A stretch of DNA of 64,000 nucleotides, taken from positions 128,001 to 192,000 of the forward strand of contig CBDDBZ010000032.1 of assembly GCA_965225945.1 (NCBI GenBank). The letters are read 5' to 3'. This stretch comes from Alphaproteobacteria bacterium. GTDB lineage: Bacteria > Pseudomonadota > Alphaproteobacteria > GCA-2731375. This document shows positions 29,479 through 41,197 of this stretch, piece by piece (position 1 is the first letter of the stretch; every line of letters begins with the position of its first letter). The position numbers and the translations under genes are program-made. Under the pieces are notes generated by a model that saw only the letters and a program-made list of their open reading frames with translations, was not told the origin of the DNA and searched no databases.

Positions 29479-30315
29479 TCACGTGTCCTTGCCCGGCCGC
29501 CGCCGCTCTTCCGCCGCCTTGGGCGAAAGACGGACGTAGAGGCGGTCCGGCAATCTCAGATCGATCACCCGAATGTCGCGGTCGAGCACGCCGTGCTCCC
29601 GCGCGAGACGCGCGAGGCGGGTCCAGCTCGCCGCCGGATCGTCCGCCGGCAGGCGCGCCTCCACGCCGTTCTTGAACCTGACCGACCAGCGCCGGCCGCC
29701 GATCCGCATCACCGCCTCGACCCGCGCGTCGAGGTCCGGCTCCAGCGCCAGGAGGCCGATGATCTCCGCCGCCCGGCTCGCCGCGCCCTCGCCGACGACG
29801 AGGGGCAGATGGCGAAAGCGGGAGAGCCGCTGGTCCGTGATCACGCCGCCATGGCGGTCGATCAGCACCAAGCGCCGATTCATCTGCCAGAGCGCGAGCG
29901 GCTGGCGCTCGACCAAGTGCACCACGATGGTGTCCGGCAGGCGGCGGGAGACCCGCGCCTCCCGGACCCAGCCGAGGTCGAGCAGCCGGCCGCGCGCCGC
30001 CTCGGGATCGAAGGCCAGGATCGAATCGCCCCGCGCCACATCGAGGGCTTCCAGGATCTCGCTCCGCTCCGCTTGCTCGCGGCCGACCGCATAGACGTCC
30101 CTGACGGTGAGGCCGGCAACGCGGACCACCTCGTCGCGCATGGCCGCGACCCGCCGCTCCCCCTCATCGATCCATCCGACACGCCAGATCCAGTCAGCCC
30201 CGCCGATCAATCCGGCAAGCACGACGATCCCGCCCAGGACGGCGGCGTGCCGACGGCGCCGCCGGCTGACGAGCAACGGGCGCGCGGCGCCGCGTTTGAG
30301 CTTCAGCGCGGGCAT
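29479..30315 (-). CDS. ftsQ: cell division protein FtsQ
   Basis: TM segment, POTRA WVREARVSRRLPDT and IDLRLPDR; lies between ddl and ftsA. Confidence 0.93.
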   Translation of the reverse strand: MPALKLKRGAARPLLVSRRRRRHAAVLGGIVVLAGLIGGADWIWRVGWIDEGERRVAAMRDEVVRVAGLTVRDVYAVGREQAERSEILEALDVARGDSILAFDPEAARGRLLDLGWVREARVSRRLPDTIVVHLVERQPLALWQMNRRLVLIDRHGGVITDQRLSRFRHLPLVVGEGAASRAAEIIGLLALEPDLDARVEAVMRIGGRRWSVRFKNGVEARLPADDPAASWTRLARLAREHGVLDRDIRVIDLRLPDRLYVRLSPKAAEERRRPGKDT

Positions 30316-31211
30316 CCCGCCTCCTCCACCATCCAGCAGACGAGTTCCTGGAACCCGATGCCCCGGTGTTCGGCGATCTCCGGCACCAGGCTGAGCGGCG
30401 TCATGCCGGGTTGCGTGTTGAGCTCCAGGATGAAGAGACCGTCGACACCGCCGACCTCGGGGTCGAAGCGGAAGTCGGCCCGGCTGACGCCCCGGCAGCC
30501 GATCCCGACATGGGCGTCGAGCGCATAGCCGAGCGCCGCCTGGTAAACCTCGTCCGAAATCCGCGCCGGCATGTAATGGCGCGCCTTGCCGTCAGTGTAC
30601 TTGGCCTCGTAGTCGTAGAAGCCGCTCAACGGCTCGATCTCGATGACGCCGAGCGCGCGCTCTCCCATCACCGCGACGGAAAGCTCCAAGCCATCGATGA
30701 AACGCTCGAACATCACCTCTTCGCCGTGCGACCAGTCGGCCAGCGGATCGATGTTGTCGCCTTCGCGAATGATGTGAACGCCGACGGTCGAGCCCTCGTC
30801 GACCGGCTTCACCACATAAGGCGTTGGCAGAGGGGCCGCGCCGCGCGCGTCCTCGACGCGGCGCACCGTGCTCTCGACGCAGGGAATTCCGGCCTCGGCG
30901 AAAATCTCCTTCGCCGTCGGCTTGTGCATTGCAATCGCGGAGGCGCGGACGCCGGAATGGGTATAGGGGAGATCCATGATCTCAAGCAGGCCCTGGATCC
31001 GGCCATCCTCCCCCCAGCGCCCATGCAGCGCGTTGAAGACGACGTCGGGGGCGAGCGCGCCCAGCACCTCGGCGATGTTCCGCTCGACATCGATCTCGCT
31101 GACCCGGTAGCCGGAATCACGTAGCACCTCGGCGCAGGCGGCTCCGCTGACCAGCGAGACCTCGCGCTCGGCGGACCAGCCACCCATCAGAACCGCGACA
31201 TGCCGGCTCAT
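30303..31211 (-). CDS. ddl: D-alanine--D-alanine ligase
   Basis: GGWSAEREVSL, ALHGRWGEDG, YDYEAKY and ELNTQPGMTPLSLVP. Confidence 0.97.
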   Translation of the reverse strand: MSRHVAVLMGGWSAEREVSLVSGAACAEVLRDSGYRVSEIDVERNIAEVLGALAPDVVFNALHGRWGEDGRIQGLLEIMDLPYTHSGVRASAIAMHKPTAKEIFAEAGIPCVESTVRRVEDARGAAPLPTPYVVKPVDEGSTVGVHIIREGDNIDPLADWSHGEEVMFERFIDGLELSVAVMGERALGVIEIEPLSGFYDYEAKYTDGKARHYMPARISDEVYQAALGYALDAHVGIGCRGVSRADFRFDPEVGGVDGLFILELNTQPGMTPLSLVPEIAEHRGIGFQELVCWMVEEAGCPR

Positions 31212-32152
31212 GACGCCACCTCGCCGGTTTCCGCCTCGGCGGTGACGCCGAGGCGGCGGATCTCCCATTCCAGGAGAAGGCCGGTCGCCTCCAGCACGCG
31301 GCAACGAATCTCCTCGCCCAGGGTTTCGAGATCCTGGGCGCTGGCCCCACCTTCGTTGATCAGGAAATTGCAATGCTGTTCCGAGACCCGGGCGCCGCCA
31401 CGGCGGAGCCCTCGGCAGCCGGCTGCGTCGATCAGCTCCCAGGCCTTGGCGCCGGGGGGATTCTTGAAGGTGCTGCCGCCGGTGCGGGCGCGGGTCGGCT
31501 GGCTCGCCTCGCGCGCCTCCTTGACCCGCGCCATGCGCTCGGCCACCACGTCGCGGGCTTCCGCGCGACCCCTGAGGCGGGCGCGGACGAAGATCCAGTC
31601 GGCGGGCGCGCTCGAATGGCGGTAGGAAAGGTCCAGCTCGCCGGCCAGCGCGCGATGCATCTCGCCCCGCGCGTCCAGCGCCTCGACCCAGACCAGCACG
31701 TCGACGATCTCCCGCCCGTAGGCACCGGCGTTCATCCGCAAGGCGCCGCCCAGCGTCCCCGGCACGCCGCGCAGGAATTCGAGACCGCCGATCCCGGCAT
31801 CCCGCGCCGCCAGCGCGATCGCCATGTCCGGCGCCGCCGCGCCGGCGACGACGTCGGCCCCCGAGGTCTCGATCCGGGCGAACTCGCGACCCAAACGGAC
31901 CACCACGCCGGGCAGCCCACCGTCGCGCACCAGCAGGTTGGAGCCGACTCCGATGACAGTGAGCGGAATGTCGCTCGGCCAGGCCTCGAGAAATTCGGCG
32001 AGATCTTCGACGTCGGCCGGCCGGTAGAGCACCTCCGCCGCGCCGCCGACGCGAAACCAGGTCATGTCGGCGAGCGGGACCGCTTCCTCGTAGCGGCCGC
32101 GGACCGCCGGCAAGCGCGCCAGCAGGCGGTCGGGGGATGAATGGCGTGCCAT
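31208..32152 (-). CDS. murB: UDP-N-acetylenolpyruvoylglucosamine reductase
   Basis: TWFRVGG, GVGSNLLVRD, MNAGAYG, GSTFKNP and HCNFLIN. Confidence 0.97.
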   Translation of the reverse strand: MARHSSPDRLLARLPAVRGRYEEAVPLADMTWFRVGGAAEVLYRPADVEDLAEFLEAWPSDIPLTVIGVGSNLLVRDGGLPGVVVRLGREFARIETSGADVVAGAAAPDMAIALAARDAGIGGLEFLRGVPGTLGGALRMNAGAYGREIVDVLVWVEALDARGEMHRALAGELDLSYRHSSAPADWIFVRARLRGRAEARDVVAERMARVKEAREASQPTRARTGGSTFKNPPGAKAWELIDAAGCRGLRRGGARVSEQHCNFLINEGGASAQDLETLGEEIRCRVLEATGLLLEWEIRRLGVTAEAETGEVAS

Positions 32153-33588
32153 CACGACCGCGCCTCCTTCGCCGGCGCCTCGGCCGCGAGCTGGGCAAGC
32201 TCGTCGGGAAGTGCGTTGGCCCACTGGGTGATGGTGCCCGCGCCAAGGCAGACCACCAGATCGCCGGGCTCGGTTTCGCCCGCGACCAAGCGGGCCAGAT
32301 CGCCCGGGCCGTCCAAGGGGATCACCCGGCGGTGGCCATGGCGCCGCAGGCCGGCCACCAGGGCATCGCGATCGACACCGGCTATCGGCCCCTCGCCCGC
32401 CGCGTGGACCTCGGCCACGATCACCGCGTCGGCGTCGTTGAAGCAGGAGCAGAATTCCTCGAACAGGTGCTCGAGTCGGCTGTAGCGATGCGGTTGCACC
32501 ACCGCGACCACGCGCCCGGAGGTAACGGTTAGGGCGGTCTCCAGCACGGCCGTGATCTCCACCGGGTGGTGGCCGTAATCGTCGATCACGGTGACGCCCG
32601 CCGCCTTGCCGGTGCGGGTGAACCGCCGCTTGACTCCGCCGAAGGCAGCGAGCGCGTTGCGGATCTCCTCGTCGTCGAGACCGAGTTCGGCGGCGATCGC
32701 TACCGCGGCCAGGCTGTTCTGCAGATTGTGCCGGCCCGGCATCGGGAGGCGCAGCTTGTCGATCTGCCTGGCGCCCCCCGGCATCCGGTCCGAGAGCGCG
32801 ACGGCGAAGCGGGAGCCGATCGCGTCGGTCTCGATGTCGAGGCCCCGGACGTCGGCCTGCGGGCTGAAGCCGTAGGCGATCACCCGGCGGTCGCCGATCC
32901 GGCCGATCATCGCCTGCACTTCGCCATGGTCGATACACATCACCGCCAGGCCGTAGAAGGGAATGTTCTCGATGAAGTCGAGGAAGGCGGCGCGCACGCG
33001 GTCGAAGTCGCCGTAGAAATCCAGGTGCTCGGGATTGATGTTGGTGACCACCACCATGGTCGCCGGCAGCTTGACGAAACTGCCGTCGCTCTCGTCCGCC
33101 TCGACCACCATCCACTCGCCGTCGCCGAGCCGGGCGTTGGTGCCATAGGCGTTGATGATACCGCCGTTGATCACCGTCGGATCGAGGCCCGCCCCGTCCA
33201 ACAGCGCCGCGATCATCGAGGTGGTAGTGGTCTTGCCGTGGGTCCCGCCGACGGCGATCGACCATTTGAGCCGCATCAGTTCCGCGAGCATCTCGGCCCG
33301 GCGGACCACCGGCACCAGGCGGGCGCGGGCCGTCTCAACTTCGGGATTGCCGGCCTTCACGGCGGAGGAGACGACCACAACCTGGGCATCGGCGACGTTG
33401 GCGGCGTCGTGGCCGACGGCGCAGGCGATGCCGAGATCGCGCAGCCGGCGGACGTTGGCGCCGTCGGCCTGGTCCGAGCCCTGCACCCGATAGCCGAGCG
33501 TGTGCATCACCTCGGCGATGCCGCTCATGCCGATGCCGCCGATGCCGACGAAATGGATGACGCCGATGTCGAAGGGAAGCGCTCTCAT
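32152..33588 (-). CDS. murC: UDP-N-acetylmuramate--L-alanine ligase
   Basis: [41 protein letters not shown] and QPHRYSR. Confidence 0.98.
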   Translation of the reverse strand: MRALPFDIGVIHFVGIGGIGMSGIAEVMHTLGYRVQGSDQADGANVRRLRDLGIACAVGHDAANVADAQVVVVSSAVKAGNPEVETARARLVPVVRRAEMLAELMRLKWSIAVGGTHGKTTTTSMIAALLDGAGLDPTVINGGIINAYGTNARLGDGEWMVVEADESDGSFVKLPATMVVVTNINPEHLDFYGDFDRVRAAFLDFIENIPFYGLAVMCIDHGEVQAMIGRIGDRRVIAYGFSPQADVRGLDIETDAIGSRFAVALSDRMPGGARQIDKLRLPMPGRHNLQNSLAAVAIAAELGLDDEEIRNALAAFGGVKRRFTRTGKAAGVTVIDDYGHHPVEITAVLETALTVTSGRVVAVVQPHRYSRLEHLFEEFCSCFNDADAVIVAEVHAAGEGPIAGVDRDALVAGLRRHGHRRVIPLDGPGDLARLVAGETEPGDLVVCLGAGTITQWANALPDELAQLAAEAPAKEARS

Positions 33589-34721
33589 GCCGCGGCCCTC
33601 CGCTGGTCCGAGGGTGTCCGGTTGCCGTTGGCGGGCGCAATCGAAAGCACCAGCCGCGCCAGCGCCTCGGCGGCATGCGCGCGGCCAGCATCGTGGCTCC
33701 GCGACGCCATGCGGGCCAACACCTCGGGACGGCGGAACAGCGACTCGAGCCGCGCCGCCAGCTCCTCGGCGGTAAACTCGGCTTCTCGGTAAAAGACGGC
33801 GGCGCCGGCATCGGCCAAGCTCGCCGCGTTCCGAGCCTGCTGGTCGTCGCCATGATGGGGATAGGGAATCAGGATCGCCGGCCGGCCAGCGAGGGTCAGC
33901 TCGGCGCAGGTGGTGGCCCCGGCGCGGCCGATGACCAGATGCGCCTCGGCCAGCCGCATCGCCATGTCGTCGAGGAAGGGGCGCACAATCGCCGGCACGC
34001 CCAGCCTCTCGTAATCGGCGCGGACCGCCTCCTCGTCCTCGCCGCGGCTCTGCTGCACCACCTCGAGCCGGCCTCTGACCGCCGGGTCGAGGCGCTCGAT
34101 CGCCCGCGGCACGATCTCGCCGAAGCGGCGGGCCCCCTGGCTGCCGCCGAAGACGAGCAGTCGAATCGTGCGATCGGGTTCGGGCGGCTGGTAGCCGGCG
34201 TCACGGATTGCCGCGATGGCCTCACGCACCGGATTGCCGGTAACCAGCAGGCGACGACCCCCGGATTCGATCACGCCCTCGGTCGCCTCGAACGAAAGCG
34301 CCAGCGCCGTCGCGCGCGACTGCAACAGGCGGTTGACACGGCCGAGTACGGCGTTTTGCTCGTGCAGCACGACCCGGGCACCGGCGCCGCGTGCGGCCAG
34401 CACCGTGGGCAACGAGGGATAGCCGCCGAAGCCGACCACCACGGGCGCGCGCACTCGGCGCAACAGACGGCGGGCCTGGAAGGCGCCGACGGCGATCTCG
34501 CCGCCTGCCCGGAGCGCGCCGAAGGGGCCTCGCCCGCTCGGCGTCGCGGCCCGGACGACGTGGACCTCGGTGCCGGCGAAATCCCGGGCCCAAGCGGCGC
34601 CGCGCGCGTCGGTGAATAGCGCCGTTGCCCGCCCCGCCCGCGCCAGCTCACCCGCCAGCGCCCGCGCCGGGAACAGATGCCCGCCGGTGCCTCCGGCGGC
34701 GATGACGATCGGCCCGGTCAT
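33585..34721 (-). CDS. murG: lipid II GlcNAc transferase MurG
   Basis: AGGTGGH, GFGGYPS, HEQN, TGNPVR, GGSQGA and RAGATT. Confidence 0.97.
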   Translation of the reverse strand: MTGPIVIAAGGTGGHLFPARALAGELARAGRATALFTDARGAAWARDFAGTEVHVVRAATPSGRGPFGALRAGGEIAVGAFQARRLLRRVRAPVVVGFGGYPSLPTVLAARGAGARVVLHEQNAVLGRVNRLLQSRATALALSFEATEGVIESGGRRLLVTGNPVREAIAAIRDAGYQPPEPDRTIRLLVFGGSQGARRFGEIVPRAIERLDPAVRGRLEVVQQSRGEDEEAVRADYERLGVPAIVRPFLDDMAMRLAEAHLVIGRAGATTCAELTLAGRPAILIPYPHHGDDQQARNAASLADAGAAVFYREAEFTAEELAARLESLFRRPEVLARMASRSHDAGRAHAAEALARLVLSIAPANGNRTPSDQRRAAA

Positions 34722-35842
34722 TCGCGGATCTCGCGGCGGGGCCGGCGGCGTGTCAGCGCGATCACCAGCCCCATGCCGAAGGCGAACCCCAGCAGGGAGG
34801 AGCCGCCGTAAGAGATGAACGGCAGCGTCATCCCCGTGGTCGGCAACAGGCGCAGGTTCACCCCCATGTTGATCACCGCCTGCAGGCCGAACTGGGTCAG
34901 CAGACCGCCCGCCGCCAACATGATGAAGAGGCTGTCCTCGCCCATCAGCCGGCGATATCCCCTGAGCGCTATGAAGGCGAAGAGCGCCACCATCAGGGTG
35001 CAGACGACGAGGCCGAACTCCTCCCCGGCGACGGCGAAGATGAAATCGGTATGGGCGTCGGGCAGCACCCGCTTGCCGATGCCCTCCCCAGGGCCGCGCC
35101 CCATGAGGCCGCCCTTGGCGAACGCCTCGAGCGCGGTCTCGATTTGGTAAGTGTCGCCTCGGGAGGGATCGAGGAAACGATCGATGCGGCTGGTGAAATG
35201 CGGCACCAGCGTGTAGAGCACCAAGGCGGCGCCGACGCCGGCGCTGATCAGCACGCCGACCCAGAGGAACGGCAGCCCGGCCATGAAGACTTGGGCCGAC
35301 CACACCGCGATCACCACGATCGCCATGCCGATGTCGGGTTGTGCCAGCAGCATGGTACCCACCAGGAGCGCGAGCGCAGCGGCGATCATGTTGCCGGGCA
35401 CGCGCTGGCGTTCCTTCTCCGCCGCCAGCATCCAGGCGGTCACCACGATGAAGCAGGGCTTGACGAATTCGGAGGGCTGCAACGACAGGCCGGCGAGTTG
35501 GAGCCAACGCCGCGCACCGCTGATTTCCATCCCGAAGACGAGGGTGAGGGCCAGGAGGGGGAGCGTCAGCACGAAGCCGCAGACGGCGAGTCTGCGAACC
35601 GTTTTGGCGTCGCAGAGCGAGACCGCCAGCAGCACCGCGATGGCCGGAACCAGGAAGACGAACTGGCGGCCGGCGAAATGAAAGGAATCGAGTCCCAGCC
35701 GCTCGGCCACCGCCGGGCTGGCGGCGAGCATCAGCACCGCCCCCAGCAGCACCAGAAGCCCGATCGCCGACAGCATCCAGCGGTCCACGGTCCACCACCA
35801 GCGGCCGACGATGCTCGTATCGGCGCGGGTGAGCGTCAGCAC
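34718..35842 (-). CDS. ftsW: peptidoglycan polymerase FtsW
   Basis: WWWTVDRW, GARRWL, QPSEFVK, LPDAHTDFIF and GMTLPFISYGGSS. Confidence 0.96.
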   Translation of the reverse strand: MLTLTRADTSIVGRWWWTVDRWMLSAIGLLVLLGAVLMLAASPAVAERLGLDSFHFAGRQFVFLVPAIAVLLAVSLCDAKTVRRLAVCGFVLTLPLLALTLVFGMEISGARRWLQLAGLSLQPSEFVKPCFIVVTAWMLAAEKERQRVPGNMIAAALALLVGTMLLAQPDIGMAIVVIAVWSAQVFMAGLPFLWVGVLISAGVGAALVLYTLVPHFTSRIDRFLDPSRGDTYQIETALEAFAKGGLMGRGPGEGIGKRVLPDAHTDFIFAVAGEEFGLVVCTLMVALFAFIALRGYRRLMGEDSLFIMLAAGGLLTQFGLQAVINMGVNLRLLPTTGMTLPFISYGGSSLLGFAFGMGLVIALTRRRPRREIRE

Positions 35843-37227
35843 GAGCCACCCTCCCATGCCGCCACCAACTCCCGGGCGAGACGGGCGAAGGCCTCGCCTC
35901 GCGCCTCGAAATTGGCGAACTGATCGAAGGAGGCGCAGGCCGGCGACAGCAGGACCACCGCCTCGTCGCGCGCCTCCGTCCGGGCCCTGGCGCCGGCGCG
36001 GGCGACGGCGTGCTCCAGGTCACCGGCGATCTCGTGCGCGACGCGGCCTTCTAGGTCGCGCGCGAAAGCTTCCGCCGCCTCGCCGATCAGATAGGCCGCG
36101 GCGATGTGATCCAGGAGCGGCAGCAGGGGTCGGATGCCCTCGGCCTTGGGCCGCCCGCCGACGATCCAGTGGACCCGGTCGTAGGCCGCGAGCGCGTGGG
36201 CCGTGGCCTCGGCGTTGGTCGCCTTGCTGTCGTTGACGAAGGCGACCCCGGCACCGGCGGCGACCCGCTGCATGCGGTGGGGAAGGCCCGGGAAACTCTC
36301 TAGGCCGGCCCGGAGCTCGGCCGCCGACAATCCGAGGCAATCGGCCACGGCTAGCGCGGCGGCGGCGTTTTGCCAATTGTGCCGCCCGCGCAAGGTCTCG
36401 ATACCCTGGAGGCGGGCGAGCGCGCGCTCCCCATCGGGGCCGACGCGTAGCACCACGCCGTCCTCGACGACGATGCCGTCCTCCGGACGCTCGACCACCG
36501 AGAGGGCGACCACCTCGCGCCCGGCGGCGCGAAGCGCGCCGGCGATTTTCCGCCCGTGGGCATCGTCGATGCCGACGACGGCCAGACCTCGTCCCATCTC
36601 CAGCAACCGCCGCTTGGCGCCGACGTAGCCCGCCATGTCGCCGTGACGGTCCAGATGGTCGGGACTGAGGTTCAACAGCACCGCGATCTCGGGCTCGAGG
36701 CTTCGCGTCAGGTCGATCTGGTAGGAGGAGAGTTCCAGGACATAGACGCCGGGCGCCTCCAAGGGTTCCAGGTCGAGAACGGGACGGCCGAGATTGGCGC
36801 CGAGCTCGACCCGGTGGCCGGCGCCGTTGAGCAAATGGCCGATCAGAGCCGTCGTCGTCGACTTGCCGTTGGTGCCAGTGACGGCGACGACGCGTGCCGC
36901 CGGCCGGGCGCGGGCGAAGAGCTCGATGTCGCCCAGGATCTCCAACTCGAGCTCGCCGGCCAATTCGACCACCGGGTGCGGCGCCGGATGGGTCAGCGGC
37001 ACGCCTGGGCTCAGCACCAGGCCCGAGAGGCCGGCCCAGGCATCCCGGCTCGGCGCCACCGCCTCGATGCCCGCCACGCCGGCTAGAGCATCCAGGCGGG
37101 TCGGGTCGTCGTCCCAGACCCGGACCCGGGCGCCACCGGCGGCGAGCGCCCGCGCACTGACCAGGCCGCTCGCGCCGAGGCCGAAGACGGCCACCGCCTG
37201 GTCCCGAAATGTGGTCACCGCAATCAC
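35836..37227 (-). CDS. murD: UDP-MurNAc-L-Ala--D-glutamate ligase
   Basis: GLGASG, TGTNGKSTT, ELSSYQ, NDSKATN and LSPACASFDQF. Confidence 0.97.
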   Translation of the reverse strand: MIAVTTFRDQAVAVFGLGASGLVSARALAAGGARVRVWDDDPTRLDALAGVAGIEAVAPSRDAWAGLSGLVLSPGVPLTHPAPHPVVELAGELELEILGDIELFARARPAARVVAVTGTNGKSTTTALIGHLLNGAGHRVELGANLGRPVLDLEPLEAPGVYVLELSSYQIDLTRSLEPEIAVLLNLSPDHLDRHGDMAGYVGAKRRLLEMGRGLAVVGIDDAHGRKIAGALRAAGREVVALSVVERPEDGIVVEDGVVLRVGPDGERALARLQGIETLRGRHNWQNAAAALAVADCLGLSAAELRAGLESFPGLPHRMQRVAAGAGVAFVNDSKATNAEATAHALAAYDRVHWIVGGRPKAEGIRPLLPLLDHIAAAYLIGEAAEAFARDLEGRVAHEIAGDLEHAVARAGARARTEARDEAVVLLSPACASFDQFANFEARGEAFARLARELVAAWEGGSC

Positions 37228-37231
37228 CCGC

Positions 37232-38320
37232 TCACCTCAGCTTCAATGTCGCCAGGCCGGCCAGCGCCAGCACCACGGCGATGATCCAGAAGCGGATGAC
37301 TATCGTCGGCTCGGCCCAGCCCTTCTGCTCGAAGTGGTGGTGCAACGGCGCCATGCGGAAAACGCGACGGCCGGTCAACTTGAAGGAGGCGACCTGGACG
37401 ATGACCGAGACGGTTTCCAGAACGAAGAGGCCGCCGATGATCGCCAGCACCAGCTCGTGCTTGGTGATCACGGCGACGGCGCCGATGCCGCCGCCGAGCG
37501 CCAGGCTGCCGGTGTCGCCCATGAAGACCATCGCCGGCGGCGCGTTGAACCAGAGGAAGCCGAGACCCGCGCCGACCAGGGCGCCGCAGAAGATGGCGAG
37601 CTCGCCCGCGCCGGGGACGGACTGGATCTGCAGGTAGTTGGAGAAGACCGCGTTTCCCGCCAGATAGCTGATCAGCAGAAAGGAGCTGGCGGCGATGATC
37701 ACCGGGCCGATCGCCAGGCCGTCCAGGCCGTCGGTGAGATTGACGGCGTTCGAGGCGCCGACGACGACGAAAACCGCGAACGGCAGGAAGAACCAGCCGA
37801 GCGGCAGCAGCACCGCCTTGAAGAAGGGTATCGCCAGACCGGTATCCAGCGGCGACGCCGTCGCGCGGACGACCCAGTACAAGGCGACGAGGGCGATCGC
37901 CACCTCCGCCAGCAGCTTGATCTTGCCCGGCACGCCCTTGCTGTGGACCCGACTCACCTTCGCGTAGTCGTCGGCAAAGCCCACCAAGCCGAAGCCGGTC
38001 GTCACCAACAGCACCGACCAGACGTAAGGATTGGTGAGATCCGCCCAGAGGAGCGTCGAGACCGAGAGCGCCAGCAAGATCAGAAAACCGCCCATGGTGG
38101 GCGTTCCCTGCTTGGTCAAGAAGTGGTGTTCCGGCCCATCTTCGCGGATCGGCTGCCCCTTGCCCTGCTTTTTCTTGAGCCAGCGGATCAGGCTCGGGCC
38201 GAAGACAAAGCTGATCAATAGCGCCGTCAGGATCGCCCCGCCGGTTCGGAAGGTGATGTAGCGGAAGAGATTGAAGCCGAAGAACTGGTCGGTCAGCGGA
38301 TGCAGGAGGTTATAAAGCAT
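37232..38320 (-). CDS. mraY: phospho-MurNAc-pentapeptide transferase
   Basis: [27 protein letters not shown] and MAPLHHHFE. Confidence 0.98.
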   Translation of the reverse strand: MLYNLLHPLTDQFFGFNLFRYITFRTGGAILTALLISFVFGPSLIRWLKKKQGKGQPIREDGPEHHFLTKQGTPTMGGFLILLALSVSTLLWADLTNPYVWSVLLVTTGFGLVGFADDYAKVSRVHSKGVPGKIKLLAEVAIALVALYWVVRATASPLDTGLAIPFFKAVLLPLGWFFLPFAVFVVVGASNAVNLTDGLDGLAIGPVIIAASSFLLISYLAGNAVFSNYLQIQSVPGAGELAIFCGALVGAGLGFLWFNAPPAMVFMGDTGSLALGGGIGAVAVITKHELVLAIIGGLFVLETVSVIVQVASFKLTGRRVFRMAPLHHHFEQKGWAEPTIVIRFWIIAVVLALAGLATLKLR

Positions 38321-39737
38321 CGCGACCTCCCCCGCTCCGCAGCCCCGAGGCCGCGCCCCGGGCCCGAAGCGCCTCGACGATCGGTGCCATCGCCATGCCG
38401 AGGGAGCCCTTCACCATCACCACGTCGCCCGGCCGGACCTCGGCCAGTACCAGAGCGAGAAGTTCGCCCGCATCGGCCCGATGCTCAGCCTCCGTCGCCG
38501 CCGTCAGGCACGCCATTTGCGGTCCACAGCTGAAGATCAAGTCGATTCCCGCCTTGGCGATCGGCTCGGCCAGTTCGGCGTGGAACTCCGGGCCTTCCGA
38601 GCCCAGCTCCAGCATGTCGCCGAGGACGGCGATCCGCCGACCGCCCGCGTCGGGGGGCGTGGCGCCGAGAACCGCGAGGGCAGCCCGCATCGAGGCCGGG
38701 TTGGCGTTATAGCTCTCGTCGATCAGGACGAAGGCGCCCGCCTCGGTTTCGACCTCGTGACGCAAGCCGCGGCCGGCGAGCGCCGAGACGTCGGCCAGCG
38801 CCAGGGCGGCGCGGCCGATATCGGCCTCCAGCAGGCGCGTGACCGTCAGCACGGCAAGGCTGTTCATCGCCCAATGCCGCCCGGGCGCGCCGACCTTGTA
38901 GGCCACGGCCTGGCCCATGACATCGGCGGAGACGCAGATGCAGTGGGGATGCTCGACCACCTTGAGCAGGCGGGACTCGGCGGCGCCGTCACGGCCGAAG
39001 CCGACGATGCGGGCGGCGCCCGCCTGGGCCGCCGCCTTCGCCAGGATCTCGTAATGGGGGGCGTCCCGGTTGATCAGCGCGAAGCCACCCGGCGCCAGCC
39101 CCTGAAAGATCTCCGCCTTGGCCCGGGCGATGGCGGCGAGATCGTCGAACATTGCCAGGTGCGCCGGCGCGATGGTGGTGACGAGAGCCACATGGGGCCG
39201 GACCTGCCGGGCCAGAGGGGCGATCTCGCCCGGGTGGTTCATGCCGAGCTCGAAAACGCCATGGGCGCTATCCAGCGGCATCCGCGCCAAGCTCAGTGGC
39301 ACGCCCCAAAGATTATTGTAGCTGGCGGCGCTGGCGTGGGTCGGGGCCGTCGCCGCGAGCGCCTGGCGCAGCGCCTCCTTGGTGCTGGTCTTGCCGGCGC
39401 TGCCGGTGATCGCGACGATGCGGGCCGCCGAGCTCTCGCGGCGCTCGGCGCCGAGCCGCTCGAGGGCGCCGAGGGTGTCGTCGACCCGGATCAGCGGCGC
39501 CTCCGCCGCCACACCCTCCGGCTGGCGCGAGACGACGGCGCCCGCGGCACCCCGGGAAAGCGCGTCGGCGACGAAATCGTGGCCGTCGTGGCTCGGCCCG
39601 GCGATGGCGAAGAAGAGGTCGTCCGGCGCCACGGTCCGGCTGTCGATCGAAACGCCGCGGGCGGACCATTCGCCGCCCCGGCGTCCACCGGTCGCGATCC
39701 GCGCGGCTTCGGCGGTCCAGAGCGCGCGGCCGCTCAT
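38310..39737 (-). CDS. murF: UDP-MurNAc-tripeptide--D-Ala-D-Ala ligase
   Basis: [37 protein letters not shown] and VKGS. Confidence 0.97.
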   Translation of the reverse strand: MSGRALWTAEAARIATGGRRGGEWSARGVSIDSRTVAPDDLFFAIAGPSHDGHDFVADALSRGAAGAVVSRQPEGVAAEAPLIRVDDTLGALERLGAERRESSAARIVAITGSAGKTSTKEALRQALAATAPTHASAASYNNLWGVPLSLARMPLDSAHGVFELGMNHPGEIAPLARQVRPHVALVTTIAPAHLAMFDDLAAIARAKAEIFQGLAPGGFALINRDAPHYEILAKAAAQAGAARIVGFGRDGAAESRLLKVVEHPHCICVSADVMGQAVAYKVGAPGRHWAMNSLAVLTVTRLLEADIGRAALALADVSALAGRGLRHEVETEAGAFVLIDESYNANPASMRAALAVLGATPPDAGGRRIAVLGDMLELGSEGPEFHAELAEPIAKAGIDLIFSCGPQMACLTAATEAEHRADAGELLALVLAEVRPGDVVMVKGSLGMAMAPIVEALRARGAASGLRSGGGRDAL

Positions 39738-41197
39738 GGCGCCCATCCGCCGTGCTCGCGCGCCCGCGCCTGCGCCTGCGCCTCAGCGGCATCGTCGAAA
39801 GGCCGGATCTCCTCGCCGATGTACTGACCCTGCTCGTGCCCCTTGCCGGCGATCACCAACACATCGCCGATGTCCAAAGTCTCGATCGCGACGCGGATGG
39901 CCTCGCCCCGCTCACCGATCTCGCGCGCCTGCGCACAGCCGCGCATCACTTCGGCGCGGATCGCCGCCGGTTCCTCGGTCCGAGGGTTGTCATCGGTGAC
40001 GATGACGCGATCCGCCATTCGCTCGGCGATCCGCCCCATCTCGACGCGCTTGCCCGGGTCCCGGTCGCCGCCACAACCGAAGACGACGACGAGCCGCCCC
40101 CGGGTCGCCGGACGCAGGGCCCTGAGCACGTTCTCCAGCGCCCCCGGCTTGTGGGCGTAGTCGACATAGATCCGAGCGCCGTTGGCCAGTTCTGCGACTC
40201 GTTGCAGGCGGCCCGGAACGCCGTCGAGCGCCGCCAACCCCGCCACCGTCGCCCGGGCGTCCCCGCCGCAGGCCAGCACCAGGCCGACCGCGGCGATCGC
40301 GTTCATCGCCTGAAAGCGTCCCGGAAGCGGTAGGCATACTTCGCTTTCGCGTCCCAGGACCTCGAGCGTCAAGCGCTGCGCCGAGCCCTCCGTGTCGATG
40401 TCGACGAGGCGCAGGTCGGCCTCGCCGGCGCCATAGGTCATGATATCGAGCCCGCGAGCCCGGCAGGCGCCGATCACCCTGCCCGCGACCGTGCAGTCGG
40501 CGTTGATCACGGCCATGCCGCCCGCCGCCATCACGCAATCGAAGAGCCGCAGCTTGGCGGCGAGATAGGCCTCGGTGTCGGCGTGGTAGTCCAGGTGATC
40601 GCGGCTGAAGTTGGTGAAGGCGCCGGCGGCGATGGCCAAACCGTCGAGGCGGCGCTGGTCGAGACCGTGGCTCGAGGCCTCGATCGCCACGCATTCGACG
40701 CCGCCCGCCGCCAGGCGGTCGAGCTCGCGATGCAGCGTCACCGGATCGGGCGTGGTGTGGGCGATCGAGGCCACCTCGTCGTCGGCCAGGACACCGAGGG
40801 TGCCGATGCTGGCGGCGGGCCGCCCGGCCCCTCGCCACAATTGGCGGGTGAAGTCAACGACCGAGGTCTTGCCGCTGGTGCCGGTGACGGCGACCACGGT
40901 CTCGGGCGCGCGACCGTGAAAGCGGGCGGCCATCAGCGCCAGCTGGCGGCGCGGATCCTCCGCCAGCACCACCGGGATCTCGATGTCACCGCGCACGAGC
41001 GTGCTCGGCGCCAGCAGGGCGGCGGCGCCCCGGCATAGCGCGTCGTCGATGAAGCAAGCGCCGTCGGTTCGCGAGCCCGGCAGTGCCGCGAACAGGTAAC
41101 CCGGCGCCACTTCCCGGCTGTCGGCCGTCAGGCCGGTGATCTCCGCGTCGCCGCCGAGCCTGATCGCCTCGTCTCGGATCAGCTCAAAAAGACGCAA
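39734..41197 (-). CDS. murE: UDP-MurNAc-L-Ala-D-Glu--meso-DAP ligase
   Basis: TGTSGKTS, TTPDP, EASSHGL, DYAHKP, DDNPR (DAP-type motif) and AGKGHE; TTG start at 41197. Confidence 0.96.
   Translation of the reverse strand: MRLFELIRDEAIRLGGDAEITGLTADSREVAPGYLFAALPGSRTDGACFIDDALCRGAAALLAPSTLVRGDIEIPVVLAEDPRRQLALMAARFHGRAPETVVAVTGTSGKTSVVDFTRQLWRGAGRPAASIGTLGVLADDEVASIAHTTPDPVTLHRELDRLAAGGVECVAIEASSHGLDQRRLDGLAIAAGAFTNFSRDHLDYHADTEAYLAAKLRLFDCVMAAGGMAVINADCTVAGRVIGACRARGLDIMTYGAGEADLRLVDIDTEGSAQRLTLEVLGRESEVCLPLPGRFQAMNAIAAVGLVLACGGDARATVAGLAALDGVPGRLQRVAELANGARIYVDYAHKPGALENVLRALRPATRGRLVVVFGCGGDRDPGKRVEMGRIAERMADRVIVTDDNPRTEEPAAIRAEVMRGCAQAREIGERGEAIRVAIETLDIGDVLVIAGKGHEQGQYIGEEIRPFDDAAEAQAQARAREHGGWAP

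Noticed and set aside
30303-36023. Apparent long N-terminal extensions or fusions of ddl, murB and murG (also MmgE, gshA, yejA2, yejE) in the ORF track
   Set aside because: The extensions are off-frame reads through the upstream gene. True starts overlap or closely follow the upstream stop, or begin where the family motifs begin.
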